DNA of 64,000 nucleotides from a phage. The notes under the pieces were generated by a model. It did no database searches. It had not been told where the DNA came from and saw only the letters and a list, made by a program, of their open reading frames with translations. Location of the stretch: the sequence record PZ386963.1; one strand, written 5' to 3'. This document shows, piece after piece, positions 27,604 to 37,770 of this stretch. The stretch's first letter is position 1. Each line of letters begins with the position of its first letter. Both the position numbers and the translations under genes were made by a program.

Positions 27604-28703
27604 TATTCATAATCCCTAATAACGAGACCAACAGGGAACTGTAAAGAACCCTTACGAGTCATCTTCTGGAACTGAACCGTTAAAGGCTTCCCGATAAACT
27701 CTTCAGGGTGTTCAGCAAGATACTGTTTCTTCTCGTGTGTAGTTTTCCATGAGACATCTACAAAGACGTTAGGAAGAGTCTCTACAACGAACTTGCCATG
27801 ACCACGTTTATCGGTCTTTACACCAGTCACTTTAAACTCTTCAGTGTGCATCTTCTTGTGCTTAATCAAGAAGTATGAACGGTGACAACACTCATAGAAG
27901 GAGTCTTCAGAGATTGAACGGTACATTGCACCTTCAAACTTAGCTTCAACCCACTTATCATGAGCTTCATCAAACTCTTCCCAAGAATTTACACGGATAG
28001 TTTGTACAGGAACCACTCTACAGGTATCCCCAAGCTCAACAATAGGTGAACTATCAATAACTTCACGACGCTCAGGCCAAGATTTTGAATTGTCACAGAT
28101 ATCATACCAGTAGAATTTAAGAAGGTGACGGTCTGGATTGTCAGCATTCTTAATCATGGATACAATATCTTCTAAGTCCCAACCATGAGCATAAATCTCT
28201 CCATCAAAGTCTTCAACTTGTGGATGTAATTTAAGCAACAAAAGCAAATCTGGAATTAGTTCTGCTGGAACGTTGTAAACAGTATTCTCACGAGAATAAG
28301 CCGTGAAGCTAACTGAATCATCATCTCTTGAAATTCTACAACGGACACCATCAAGTTTTGGTTGAGCATCAGCAGGGAACTTCAGATACTTTGCATGGCT
28401 AACCTTTGCAGCATCATGAGCAAGCTGTACACCTACCTTCTCAGTATTCTGTGCAGACTCTTTTGTGTAAGCATAACCTTTGCGGTCAACTTGTTTCTTG
28501 TACTTAGCAGAAACTTCAAAGAGAGCTTGCTGTTCAGCGTTACGCTCATTCTTTTTACCGATGTTTTTAGGCTCTGCTGTGTACTCTTCAAACATCATCT
28601 TGCCATTTTCTTTACCATAGGTTGTAATAACTTTGTCACCTACAGCAACACATGACCAGACGTTGAAAGAGCCATCTTTATTTTGTTTGTACAGTATTGT
28701 CAT
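27603..28703 (-). CDS. ATP-dependent DNA ligase
   Basis: Motif I KLDGVR (adenylation lysine); 366 aa. Confidence 0.75.
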   Translation of the reverse strand: MTILYKQNKDGSFNVWSCVAVGDKVITTYGKENGKMMFEEYTAEPKNIGKKNERNAEQQALFEVSAKYKKQVDRKGYAYTKESAQNTEKVGVQLAHDAAKVSHAKYLKFPADAQPKLDGVRCRISRDDDSVSFTAYSRENTVYNVPAELIPDLLLLLKLHPQVEDFDGEIYAHGWDLEDIVSMIKNADNPDRHLLKFYWYDICDNSKSWPERREVIDSSPIVELGDTCRVVPVQTIRVNSWEEFDEAHDKWVEAKFEGAMYRSISEDSFYECCHRSYFLIKHKKMHTEEFKVTGVKTDKRGHGKFVVETLPNVFVDVSWKTTHEKKQYLAEHPEEFIGKPLTVQFQKMTRKGSLQFPVGLVIRDYE

Positions 28704-28704
28704 T

Positions 28705-28896
28705 TTATTCCTCTGAGTGATACCAAGTATTGCAAGCGTTACATGCGTAAAGCTCTAAGTCATTTTTATCCGGTTTATGAAAGCAGTTTGCTCCGCAGTG
28801 ACAACGGAATGGCTTTCCACCAACTGTCAGGGTGAATGATTGAACCTTCCCATCAGGAGTTCGTACAGCATTTTTATGCTTGTCTTCTTTGTTCAT
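28705..28896 (-). CDS. small zinc-finger protein
   Basis: CHCGANC ... CNAC cysteine/histidine cluster. Confidence 0.3.
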   Translation of the reverse strand: MNKEDKHKNAVRTPDGKVQSFTLTVGGKPFRCHCGANCFHKPDKNDLELYACNACNTWYHSEE

Positions 28897-29099
28897 TTTC
28901 TCTTACCACCAATCTCTACGTCGATAACTTGAACATCACCAGCAACATCAAACTTATGAATGATGCTTTCCACAGTGTAAGTCCAACCCTCGATTCTAAC
29001 CAACTCACCTTCTCGTGGGACGATTGGATTACGTTGAGCTACCGTTGTAGTGGAGTGAACAACATCATAACGGTAGATATAGTTTACTAAGACTTGCAT
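28893..29099 (-). CDS. hypothetical small protein
   Basis: 68-aa ORF. Confidence 0.25.
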   Translation of the reverse strand: MQVLVNYIYRYDVVHSTTTVAQRNPIVPREGELVRIEGWTYTVESIIHKFDVAGDVQVIDVEIGGKRK

Positions 29100-29108
29100 A
29101 GTTTCCCC

Positions 29109-29342
29109 TTAAAGATGTAAGTCAACATTAATACGTTCACCCTTAAGGACTCCTGTACGGTCTCTTGCAATCTTACCGTCAACGATAAGGATATGCGCAG
29201 CCCTTAAAGCCTCACGATTAAAACCTTTTAAGAACTTACTAGGCATCACTACAATGGACATCTCCTGAATCAACTCTGGAGTATAGCAATTGTCGTGAAG
29301 TTGCTGAATAACGTCTGCAAGTGTCATTTTTGATGTCTCCAA
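29109..29342 (-). CDS. hypothetical small protein
   Basis: 77-aa ORF. Confidence 0.25.
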   Translation of the reverse strand: METSKMTLADVIQQLHDNCYTPELIQEMSIVVMPSKFLKGFNREALRAAHILIVDGKIARDRTGVLKGERINVDLHL

Positions 29343-29533
29343 TACTCAATGTCAATAAGTTCTTGTGCAATGCTTTTCAGATTACCTTTCAAGAAAACCT
29401 TCTCAGAACCTGAAAGAGATGAATTGTCAATTAACCTGTTCATTCTCTCAAACAACTTCTGCTTACGGTTCTTGATAGTTTCCTTTGAAGCACCTTTCAT
29501 CATCGCTGCATGGGTTCTTCCACGGTGGCTCAT
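29324..29533 (-). CDS. hypothetical small basic protein
   Basis: 69-aa ORF. Confidence 0.25.
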   Translation of the reverse strand: MSHRGRTHAAMMKGASKETIKNRKQKLFERMNRLIDNSSLSGSEKVFLKGNLKSIAQELIDIEYWRHQK

Positions 29534-29584
29534 AAGCCCTCCTATACAAGATATAGTATAAGGTACTCTTCCCTGAGCACCTTG

Positions 29585-30151
29585 TCAACTTAGTTTTGCA
29601 AACTCTCCGTGGAGTTTTATAGCAGCTTCACAGTAAGCTTTATGGGCTTCTTCTGGTGTGTCATAGTAGCCTAATGACATCTTTTTACCTTTATAGCTTA
29701 TTTGTGCAACCCACCTACCAGACTTCTTCTTCAGGCTTACACCCTTATAGCCTGACTTATTGGTGGATAGTTTGCTTTTATTCCAAGCACTTTGGTAGTC
29801 ATCTGCTTCTCTTAAGTTTGCAATCCTGTTATCAAGGGAGTCCCCATTAATATGGTCAATAACACCTTTCGGTAACCTACCATACACATACAGCCATGCG
29901 AGTCTGTGCGCTTTATGTGCTTTCTTGTCAAAATAGATAGTAATCTGTTTATGACCAGTTGAGTCAATCTGGATGCTCCCCGCTACCTGTCCTGCGTACT
30001 GAGTATTAAAAACTTTAACAGCCTTTGAGTCGCCCTCTCTACGAAGCCAAGTAAAGACCCCTGTTTCGGGGTCATAGTGTAGTAGTTCCTTTAAACGTTC
30101 TTGTGTAATCATTTTGTCACCATTAATGCACTTCCAACCACGACTTACCAA
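29585..30151 (-). mobile_element. free-standing HNH homing endonuclease with AP2 DNA-binding domain
   Basis: HRLAWLYVYG..IDHINGDSLDNRIANLR HNH_3-type motif plus C-terminal GYKGVS..RWVAQI AP2-like segment; directly downstream of pol. Confidence 0.65.
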
Positions 30152-32852
30152 CCTTACCAGTACCAGTTACCAGTGTTTCACTCTTTAGCCCTAAGTTCTT
30201 AGAGGCTTGTCCGTAATACCAATCAGTGACAGCCTTCACCTCTGCCGTCATACTTTCTGGACATTCCCAACTTGTCTCGTCGTGATAGGAGCACAATAAA
30301 CGAGCACCTATGGCTGGTTTACGACCGTTCAACTTCATCAAACCTTCGTCAATCATACGACGGCAAGCAAGGTTAATTGCCTCGTTCTGAATCTGACTTT
30401 CCGAACCCATGAGCAAATAATTCAATAACTTATGTGGAGATTTACACCACAACCAAGCTCCAGCAACCTTTACAAAACCCCCTTTAGAGATTGCAGCAGT
30501 CTTACCAAACACCTCTTCAAGTGCCTTTTTAGTTGCTTTGTAGTCAGCTTCCAAGTCATCTAACAGCTTCTTAATTTTAGGCAAACGAATAAAGTAAGTC
30601 TGTTTAGTCAGCGCACCTTCCTGAGTAGTTGCAGCTTTAATCGTCTTAGCAAACTTCTCATCACCTGCACCGAACAGCAGTGCATAGATACCATTCTTAG
30701 CTTTCTTACGACCTTTGCTAATCTCATGGAGAAGATTCTCATCCTGAGTAGCTCGACAAGTCAAGATGTCCTGCTCATCGTTCAAACTAAAGTAGATACT
30801 GTTCAGTGTATGCGCATCAGTCCCTGAATAGACAACGTACAGGTCATTCTCAGAGTCATAGCGAAGGTACTTATCAATCTCTGGGTTGAGGTACTCATCA
30901 AAGTGTTTGCAGTAATAGCGTCCATCTTCTTGACGAATGAACTCAATCTCTTCTTTACCTTGCGTTACCGCTTTGGTGAAGTCTTTGTCACCCATAAAGT
31001 TACAAAGAAGAACTAGCTGGGCTGAGTTCATATCGACAGAGACAACGTTAGTACCTTCCTCACAAATCCACACTGCCCTCATCGGTTCTCCATAGACAGC
31101 AGCACCAGATGGTACGTTTACAATACCATATTGTGTCATACGTCCAGTTGAAGTACCAAACACCATTGCACCAGCACTAAGGCGACCATCAGGACGAATC
31201 TGGTTCAACCAACCTTTTTCATCATCCTTTGAGTTCTCAATAGTTCTGCGTCGGTGCATCAAAGTATAGTACTTAGCAATCTTCTGTCCAAGTTCACCTT
31301 CAATCGTATCATAAGATGATTCAGTAAGTTTTGGTGAAGTACGGATTAAGCAAGGCTCAAGCAAGTCTGTGTATTTCTTCACAGACCAGTTATGCTCAAT
31401 GTACTGTACACCTTCATGCTCAACATAGCTCAAACCACACCGCTCAACCATTTCCTGCCACTTAGGATGCTTTGTAATCATCTTTTTATTGTCTTTGAAA
31501 CGACAAACTTTGACAGGGCGACCATCTGAGTCTTTCTTGTAGTTCCAGTCATCTGGAATCCAACCAACTGATTTCAAGTAGTCTTTAACAACTGCTACCT
31601 GAGTCATACGAGAAACTTCAAACTCAATTGGCGTATATGGTGCATCAATCAAACCTGTGTAGCGACTCGACTCAAGCTCAAAGTGGTTAACAACGTGACT
31701 GTTATAGTACTTCACAGTTTTAACTGTTTTTACTGGCTTCCAGTCTTTGCATTTCTTACCAATCTTTGCGTTCAACTCATTGCAAATTGCACGAGCATCC
31801 TTCATTGCTACAAACCCTTCCTTGTATTCTTCACCAGTTACAGTGTTGGTTGGTGTATAGCAATTCCTTTTTTCAATGTTAAAAATCTTTGTAGTTGGCT
31901 TACCAAATGGCTTGATTTCATATGTTTGCATCTCACCATTACGTACCTGCTGACGATACTTTGTCTTAGGGTACTTGGTAATTCTTTTCAGTCCATCTGC
32001 ATGACCAAATGTTTCAACATACTCATTCCAAGCTTTTGCAAACTCTTCTCCAGTGACTTTACCTTTGGTCTTAATAGTTGGAGGAAGATGTGGTTCAACC
32101 TCTGAAGCAAGCTCATTAGTCAATTTGTCAAGTTCCTTCACATGGAACTCCATAAGCTCTTTATCAGCTTTCCAGCCATTAATAGCTTGTTGACTCATCC
32201 AGAAAGATGTCTCTTTAGCTCGCATGTAAGTCTCATAAGTGTCTATACCACACTTCTTAAGCTTGAGATACTCGTTATCAAGTGCCCGTTTAGTTTTGGC
32301 GTTAATACGGATATCTTCTACAACACGAGTGAAGATTTCTGCATTCCACACACCCCAATGTTCAATCTCTGGTTTACGGACACCAACACGAGCACCCCAT
32401 GCAGCCAAACCATGAGCACCTTTATAACCCTTTGGAGTTGGTCTATCCATCCACTGAACACGAGACTGGATAAGAGAATCCTGAAAGAAATTACTCCACG
32501 GCTTACATTTTGGATTATCAAAGTTCCATAAATCAGGTGCAATGTGATTGAAAACCCACCAGTCATAGCCGAGACCATTATGGATGCAAAGACGTTTTGC
32601 CTTTAACGCAAATTCAACACCTTCACGTAAGCCGCCCTTGATGTACTTGGTATACTTGTGACCGAGGATAGGCTCATCTGTAAAGACCCATACAGGAGGC
32701 TCTTCATCATCAGATTTATAGTCTGCAAAAGCCATTACGTGAACTTTAGTGAACTCAAGGAGTAAACCATCAGTCTCTGTATCACCAACTAAATGTAAGT
32801 TTTTAAAATCTACGTTTTCCATTTTTACTCCCTCTAAAATCATTAACCTCAT
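30123..32852 (-). CDS. family A DNA polymerase with 3'-5' exonuclease domain
   Basis: N-terminal DTETDGL exo motif; motif B-like RKKAKNGIYALLFG; motif C YHDE near C-terminus; 909 aa. Confidence 0.8.
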   Translation of the reverse strand: MRLMILEGVKMENVDFKNLHLVGDTETDGLLLEFTKVHVMAFADYKSDDEEPPVWVFTDEPILGHKYTKYIKGGLREGVEFALKAKRLCIHNGLGYDWWVFNHIAPDLWNFDNPKCKPWSNFFQDSLIQSRVQWMDRPTPKGYKGAHGLAAWGARVGVRKPEIEHWGVWNAEIFTRVVEDIRINAKTKRALDNEYLKLKKCGIDTYETYMRAKETSFWMSQQAINGWKADKELMEFHVKELDKLTNELASEVEPHLPPTIKTKGKVTGEEFAKAWNEYVETFGHADGLKRITKYPKTKYRQQVRNGEMQTYEIKPFGKPTTKIFNIEKRNCYTPTNTVTGEEYKEGFVAMKDARAICNELNAKIGKKCKDWKPVKTVKTVKYYNSHVVNHFELESSRYTGLIDAPYTPIEFEVSRMTQVAVVKDYLKSVGWIPDDWNYKKDSDGRPVKVCRFKDNKKMITKHPKWQEMVERCGLSYVEHEGVQYIEHNWSVKKYTDLLEPCLIRTSPKLTESSYDTIEGELGQKIAKYYTLMHRRRTIENSKDDEKGWLNQIRPDGRLSAGAMVFGTSTGRMTQYGIVNVPSGAAVYGEPMRAVWICEEGTNVVSVDMNSAQLVLLCNFMGDKDFTKAVTQGKEEIEFIRQEDGRYYCKHFDEYLNPEIDKYLRYDSENDLYVVYSGTDAHTLNSIYFSLNDEQDILTCRATQDENLLHEISKGRKKAKNGIYALLFGAGDEKFAKTIKAATTQEGALTKQTYFIRLPKIKKLLDDLEADYKATKKALEEVFGKTAAISKGGFVKVAGAWLWCKSPHKLLNYLLMGSESQIQNEAINLACRRMIDEGLMKLNGRKPAIGARLLCSYHDETSWECPESMTAEVKAVTDWYYGQASKNLGLKSETLVTGTGKVGKSWLEVH

Positions 32853-33017
32853 ACATTACTGCAAAAAATTATAAAAAGCAAGTTGACAATGCACTTGACA
32901 AGGTGTTAATCTTTGCGAAGTGGGTTTTTACTTAAAAGGTTACTTAACAGTTTAACTATACAGATACTTTAAAACTCTTAAAAGATTATTTAATAGCTTT
33001 TAAAAAGCTTTAAAGTA

Positions 33018-33036
33018 TAACGTATAGAATACGTTA
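33018..33036. promoter_or_regulatory. palindromic site TAACGTAT-AGA-ATACGTTA overlapping a TAGAAT -10-like hexamer
   Basis: Read directly in divergent AT-rich intergenic region, about 45 bp upstream of first early gene. Confidence 0.35.
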
Positions 33037-33079
33037 AGATAAAAGATTAAAACTTAATAGTTACTTAAAAGAGGCTTAC

Positions 33080-33502
33080 ATGCAGAAAATGTTTGTTCAC
33101 CCAGACATAGCTGACTTTGTTAGAGCTTTGCAGAAGTTGGAAGAACTTGACATTGCTGCTCAACGGGAATATGCTCACCATCACAGGAGAATGGTTGATA
33201 TACAACATGAAATAGAGTTATCTGAAAACTATGAAGATGACTTAAAATGCTCTGTGTTTGAGCATATGAAAGATGTTGCTACAGCGAGACGTAAAGCTAA
33301 AGACACAGTTGCTTTACTAGATTCTCTTAAAAAGAGGTTGCAAAGTGGTACAGACCTGTGTAATCTAGCGTCACTGATTAACGATGTTGAAACTTCTTGG
33401 GATAGGCACTATTATCCACGTTCTGAAAAGACACTTGACTTTTCTTCATCCGAAAACTTAAAATGTTCTAGAAAGAAGCTTAACCAACTGAGAGAGAAAT
33501 AA
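33080..33502 (+). CDS. early protein (hypothetical)
   Basis: 140-aa ORF, first gene after divergent promoter region. Confidence 0.35.
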   Translation: MQKMFVHPDIADFVRALQKLEELDIAAQREYAHHHRRMVDIQHEIELSENYEDDLKCSVFEHMKDVATARRKAKDTVALLDSLKKRLQSGTDLCNLASLINDVETSWDRHYYPRSEKTLDFSSSENLKCSRKKLNQLREK

Positions 33503-33503
33503 T

Positions 33504-34304
33504 ATGAATATCGATGTAGAAAAGATGCTTGAAGAAAAAGGTATTGACGAAGCGTTCTTAATCAATGCCGTAGAAAGCATGGCTATGATTCTTCGTGGCA
33601 ACAACTACACAGAACAGTTTATGCCTGCAAGTTATAACTTGCCTGAAGACAAGTCTGATAACGGTGCTTTTGCAGAACAGGTCAACATGATGCTTTGCGA
33701 CAAAACACTCGCTTTAGCATCTATCGTTGTAGGTGTTGATGCTCTTGCAGAGTTCATTTTTTATGAGATGCAGAAAAATGACTATATTGCCATGACCACT
33801 GAAGAAAAAGACTTGCTACTACTCGCAGGTAATGATGAACTAATTGACCTGTTAATTTCATCAACAAGTGCTGTTATGGCTGCTCTTGAGAAGCGTATGG
33901 AAGAGAAACTTTCACGATATGAAAAACTTGATTGGGGCGTAGAAGAACTAAACCCACGAATCAAGGAGATTATCCAGCAAACTAAAGAGTCTTTGGAAGA
34001 AGCTGTTGAAAATGACTCTGTAGCTGATATAGAACCACTTCAGGTGAAAGTTGCACTGATGATTCCAGCTATCTCTACGATGATGAATATCGTTGCACTA
34101 ATCCAGCTTTCACAGATGATGGGTGTGAGTATTGAGTTCATTGAGGAGATGACTGGCGGTGTTAGTATGCAAGCAATCAATGATGTTTTGGTGAACATTG
34201 GTGCTTCAATCATTGAAGAGAAACTACGCATTAACTTCGGTGATGATTTTGTGAAGCAACTCTCAGCTATGGCTGAAAAAGAGTCTGCTGAGCAACTGCA
34301 CTAA
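33504..34304 (+). CDS. acidic early protein (hypothetical)
   Basis: 266 aa; by eye about 49 Asp+Glu vs about 20 Lys+Arg. Confidence 0.35.
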   Translation: MNIDVEKMLEEKGIDEAFLINAVESMAMILRGNNYTEQFMPASYNLPEDKSDNGAFAEQVNMMLCDKTLALASIVVGVDALAEFIFYEMQKNDYIAMTTEEKDLLLLAGNDELIDLLISSTSAVMAALEKRMEEKLSRYEKLDWGVEELNPRIKEIIQQTKESLEEAVENDSVADIEPLQVKVALMIPAISTMMNIVALIQLSQMMGVSIEFIEEMTGGVSMQAINDVLVNIGASIIEEKLRINFGDDFVKQLSAMAEKESAEQLH

Positions 34305-34321
34305 ATCTTTATAAATCTTAC

Positions 34322-34346
34322 AAGCCTCCTTAGTTGGGGGCTTTTT
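34322..34346 (+). terminator. rho-independent terminator
   Basis: AGCCTCC-loop-GGGGGCT hairpin followed by TTTTT. Confidence 0.5.
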
Positions 34347-34365
34347 AGTAATTAAGGGAGATAAA

Positions 34366-35109
34366 ATGAGTAATATTATCGCATTTACTGGAAAGGCACG
34401 TTCTGGAAAAGACACCTCATGTTCTATTGTGAAGAACATCTTAGAGGATGAGTACGGCTACAATGTTGCAGTAATGGCCTATGCAGACAACCTTAAGCTA
34501 TCTGCATCAAAGATATTTGACCTGACTTGGAATGACCTGTATGGTGAAACTAAAGAGATTCCACAGGTTTTTGACTTATCATATCCTGAACTGATGTCAA
34601 AAGTTACAGAAGCTATGGAGTTTACCTTCAGAGATGAAGGTTACCATATGGACTTCAAGCTTATGTCAGAGTTAACCGGACGATTGATTATGGAGCTTAA
34701 GAAGGTCGCTAAACCAACTCTATTGACACGTCTGGGATTTAGCAAGAAGTATAAATTCTCATCAAGACAAATTCAACAGATTTGGGGTACTGAAGTTATC
34801 CGTAAAGTTATGGGTGACAAATTCTGGGCTAAAGACCTTGAAAAAAGAATGGTTAGATTCTATGAAATGTGCTCACTTAGAAATCAATATGGTTTTGTCT
34901 TAATCAGTGATTTAAGATTTGACTCTGAAGCTGAATGGCTGAGTAGATTTGCACACCAAACTATTGAAGTAAAAAGAGACAATGTGGACAAAGTTTCATC
35001 ACATGTTTCAGAAAATGGGATTTCTACAAAATATGAGCGTGACATTATTCATAATAATGGTACTCTTGCAGACCTTGAGAACAAGCTAAGAGCCATCATT
35101 AAAGTTTAA
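34366..35109 (+). CDS. deoxynucleoside monophosphate kinase (T4 gp1-like)
   Basis: P-loop IIAFTGKARSGKDT recalled as close to the T4 gp1 N-terminus; similar later motifs. Confidence 0.7.
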   Translation: MSNIIAFTGKARSGKDTSCSIVKNILEDEYGYNVAVMAYADNLKLSASKIFDLTWNDLYGETKEIPQVFDLSYPELMSKVTEAMEFTFRDEGYHMDFKLMSELTGRLIMELKKVAKPTLLTRLGFSKKYKFSSRQIQQIWGTEVIRKVMGDKFWAKDLEKRMVRFYEMCSLRNQYGFVLISDLRFDSEAEWLSRFAHQTIEVKRDNVDKVSSHVSENGISTKYERDIIHNNGTLADLENKLRAIIKV

Positions 35110-35117
35110 AAGAGAGA

Positions 35118-35318
35118 ATGAAGATGAGAGTAAAAGACAATTTTAAAGTTATTGACCACCGTTTAGTGGAACTCTCATCTCTTTCCAATGAGGTAATGAT
35201 TGAACGTCTTAAGAGAGTTGAATCACGAAGGAAAGAGATTGCAGATGAAATTCATGAACTGGACAAGATTGAAAATGGATTAAAAGCAGAACTACAACGA
35301 AGAGGTGCTAATGTCTAA
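35118..35318 (+). CDS. small coiled-coil protein
   Basis: 66-aa ORF. Confidence 0.25.
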   Translation: MKMRVKDNFKVIDHRLVELSSLSNEVMIERLKRVESRRKEIADEIHELDKIENGLKAELQRRGANV

Positions 35319-37296
35319 AGGTCGTAAATTGAAAGAGGCTGGTCAGTTTATTGGTCATTGTGCATGTCCACGTTGTGGTTCATCAGATGCTGGTTCAATC
35401 TATCATCATGACGATGATTCTTATTCGATGACTTGCTTTAGCTGTAACAAAGGTTTCCCAGAGTGGGATTTTGATAAAGGACAAATCGTGAGCACTTATT
35501 CTACTGGTTCAGACAATAAAAACCGTACTTTCCGTGGAATGGATTTAGTCGATGTAAAAGAAAACCTTGAAGCAATGGACTTGAAAGACAGGAAGATTCC
35601 TGCAAAAGTTCTTGAGCGTTTGGGTATTAAGGTTGACATTGACAGTGATGGTGAAATTGATGCGCATTTCTATCCAACTTACAAACGTAATGAAGATGGT
35701 AAGCTAGAGCACGTCGGTTACCGTGTACGTCATCGTTATCCAGAAGACCATCCAAAAGAACACCTACGAGGTAAGCTAAAAGACTTTTCAGGTGGTGTTG
35801 GAGACATTAAAGGTGAACTGGCAATGTTCGGTTCATGGATTGCTCCAGAAGGTGGTAACCGTCTATTCATCTGGGAAGGTGAGATGGAATGTGCGACAGC
35901 AATTTATATGACTTCTCTTGCGATTAAGGACAAGTCTCGTCGTAAGAATTACTGTCACGTATCTGTTCCATCAGGTGCAAACATTAAGTCTATCAAAGAC
36001 AACTATCAGTACATTACATCATTTGATGAGATTTACTTGTGCTTTGATAACGATGAAGCAGGTGCTAAAGCTACCAAAGAGGCTGCTGGCATTCTCCCTA
36101 TCGAGAAGGTTCGTTTATTCCAGTATCCAGAAGGCGTAAAAGACCTTAACGAATGGTGGACAAAGTTCTATAAAGAGAAAGATACAGTTCTGGAAGGATT
36201 TAAGCAGCGTATCTACAATGCACCTCGTTACTGTCCTGCTGGTATCAAGAACTTCGCAGATGGTTTTGAGGCAATGAAGAATCGTGGTCAGATTCCATTG
36301 ATTCCTTTCCCAGAATCATTCGGAGATTTGAACAGACTGACTTATGGTGGTTATGGACTAGGTGAGATTACAACTCTGGCAGCACCATCTTCAGTGGGTA
36401 AATCAGCATACACTCGTGAAATGATTTACACAGCTTGGAAAGAAACCGATTACAATATTGGTGTAATTCCTGTAGAAGATACCTATGAAGAGTTGATGGA
36501 GATGCTCTGTGCAATCCACCTGAGCAAGCAGATTTCTGAGATTCCTTATGACGAACGTGATTGGGATGAATTGAAGGGAGCGCACGCAGAACTATCTAAA
36601 GGTCGTCGTATCCACATCGTAGACCATCAAGGGGCAATTGACCAAGATAACTTACTGGAGTTTGTTGACTATCTTGTTAATAGCTTAGACTGTAAGATTA
36701 TTATTCTTGACCCTATTACGTTGGCTCTGTCACGTTCAGATACGGATGAAGAGGAAGTTTTGTCTGAGCTATTGCGTCGTTGCAAACGCTACCAGTATGC
36801 ACAAGTGAACGTCTGTCACGTTCGTAAGAGTGCAGGTGGTCAGAAGGCTAACTCTGAAGGTGGGGATATCTCTGAAGAGGATATTAAAGGCTCTGGTGCG
36901 TATTTCCAGATTTCTATGAACAACATTCTGTTAATGCGTAACAAGGTTGACCCAGACCCTGTTAAGAAAAACTTGACAAAAATCAAGCTAACTAAATGTC
37001 GTCGTCACGGTAAGTCAACGGGTATTGCTGGTCATACTTGGTACAATCCAGATACAGGACGCCTCATCAAAGCATCTGGTTGCGGAGTTGACATTGATGG
37101 TGCAGCAGAAAATATTCGCCAACAGTTTGGTATTGGTGAAGCTGAAGACCATTACGATGACTCTTTGCCACATTATGAGGATGAAGTGTTTGACCGTGAG
37201 ACTGGTGAAGTCTATACTGAAGAGCAGCGCCAAAGCTCAACGATTCCACCTGTATTAAGTGAGGATGCAGATGACTGCCCATTCGAAACTGAGTGA
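35305..37296 (+). CDS. bifunctional DNA primase-helicase (T7 gp4-like)
   Basis: N-terminal zinc-binding CPRCGSS..CFSC; TOPRIM-like EGE/DND motifs; helicase Walker A SSVGKS and Walker B IIILDP. Confidence 0.75.
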   Translation: MLMSKGRKLKEAGQFIGHCACPRCGSSDAGSIYHHDDDSYSMTCFSCNKGFPEWDFDKGQIVSTYSTGSDNKNRTFRGMDLVDVKENLEAMDLKDRKIPAKVLERLGIKVDIDSDGEIDAHFYPTYKRNEDGKLEHVGYRVRHRYPEDHPKEHLRGKLKDFSGGVGDIKGELAMFGSWIAPEGGNRLFIWEGEMECATAIYMTSLAIKDKSRRKNYCHVSVPSGANIKSIKDNYQYITSFDEIYLCFDNDEAGAKATKEAAGILPIEKVRLFQYPEGVKDLNEWWTKFYKEKDTVLEGFKQRIYNAPRYCPAGIKNFADGFEAMKNRGQIPLIPFPESFGDLNRLTYGGYGLGEITTLAAPSSVGKSAYTREMIYTAWKETDYNIGVIPVEDTYEELMEMLCAIHLSKQISEIPYDERDWDELKGAHAELSKGRRIHIVDHQGAIDQDNLLEFVDYLVNSLDCKIIILDPITLALSRSDTDEEEVLSELLRRCKRYQYAQVNVCHVRKSAGGQKANSEGGDISEEDIKGSGAYFQISMNNILLMRNKVDPDPVKKNLTKIKLTKCRRHGKSTGIAGHTWYNPDTGRLIKASGCGVDIDGAAENIRQQFGIGEAEDHYDDSLPHYEDEVFDRETGEVYTEEQRQSSTIPPVLSEDADDCPFETE

Positions 37297-37548
37297 TAGT
37301 TATAAAAGAGAGGGGTTCACACCCTTCTTTGAAGAAAAAAGTTTAAATAAATTTCAGGAAGAGTGTTTGACAAAGATTGATAGGTTCTATAGAATGCTCC
37401 TTATGAAATGCGATGGGGAAGTTGAGATAAAAGAAGATTTCCACCAAAGCATGATTACAGTCATCATTGCGCTGCCTCAGCATAATATTAGCTGGCTGTT
37501 TATAATTAAAGAAAATGTGTTTGAATATCAAGTATATCGGAGAATATC

Positions 37549-37698
37549 ATGAAACACTCTAAAGCATTTGAAAAAGTTTTTGGGGATTCCTTAAAAGCCA
37601 CTGCTGGAAAACCAGCAAAATACTATGAAGAGAAACGTGTAAGAACTGGAAAAACTGCACGTAAAGCAGCTTCTAAAGATAAGCACAACTTCCAGTAA
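37549..37698 (+). CDS. small Lys-rich protein (not in ORF track, 49 aa)
   Basis: ATG overlaps upstream stop (ATGA); K-rich. Confidence 0.25.
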   Translation: MKHSKAFEKVFGDSLKATAGKPAKYYEEKRVRTGKTARKAASKDKHNFQ

Positions 37699-37705
37699 TT
37701 AGTAT

Positions 37706-37734
37706 TTGACAATAGAGTATCAACAAATTAGAAT
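37706..37734 (+). promoter_or_regulatory. sigma70-like promoter TTGACA-17-TAGAAT
   Basis: Read directly, about 35 bp upstream of SSB gene. Confidence 0.45.
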
Positions 37735-37770
37735 TGGTACTCTTCATAAATTGAGATAGAGGTTTAAATA

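Noticed and set aside
30123-32852. Intein or intron interrupting the polymerase or RNR genes
   Set aside because: Pol (909 aa), NrdA (744 aa), NrdB and NrdD (714 aa) have normal lengths and continuous motifs; the homing endonucleases are free-standing rather than intervening.
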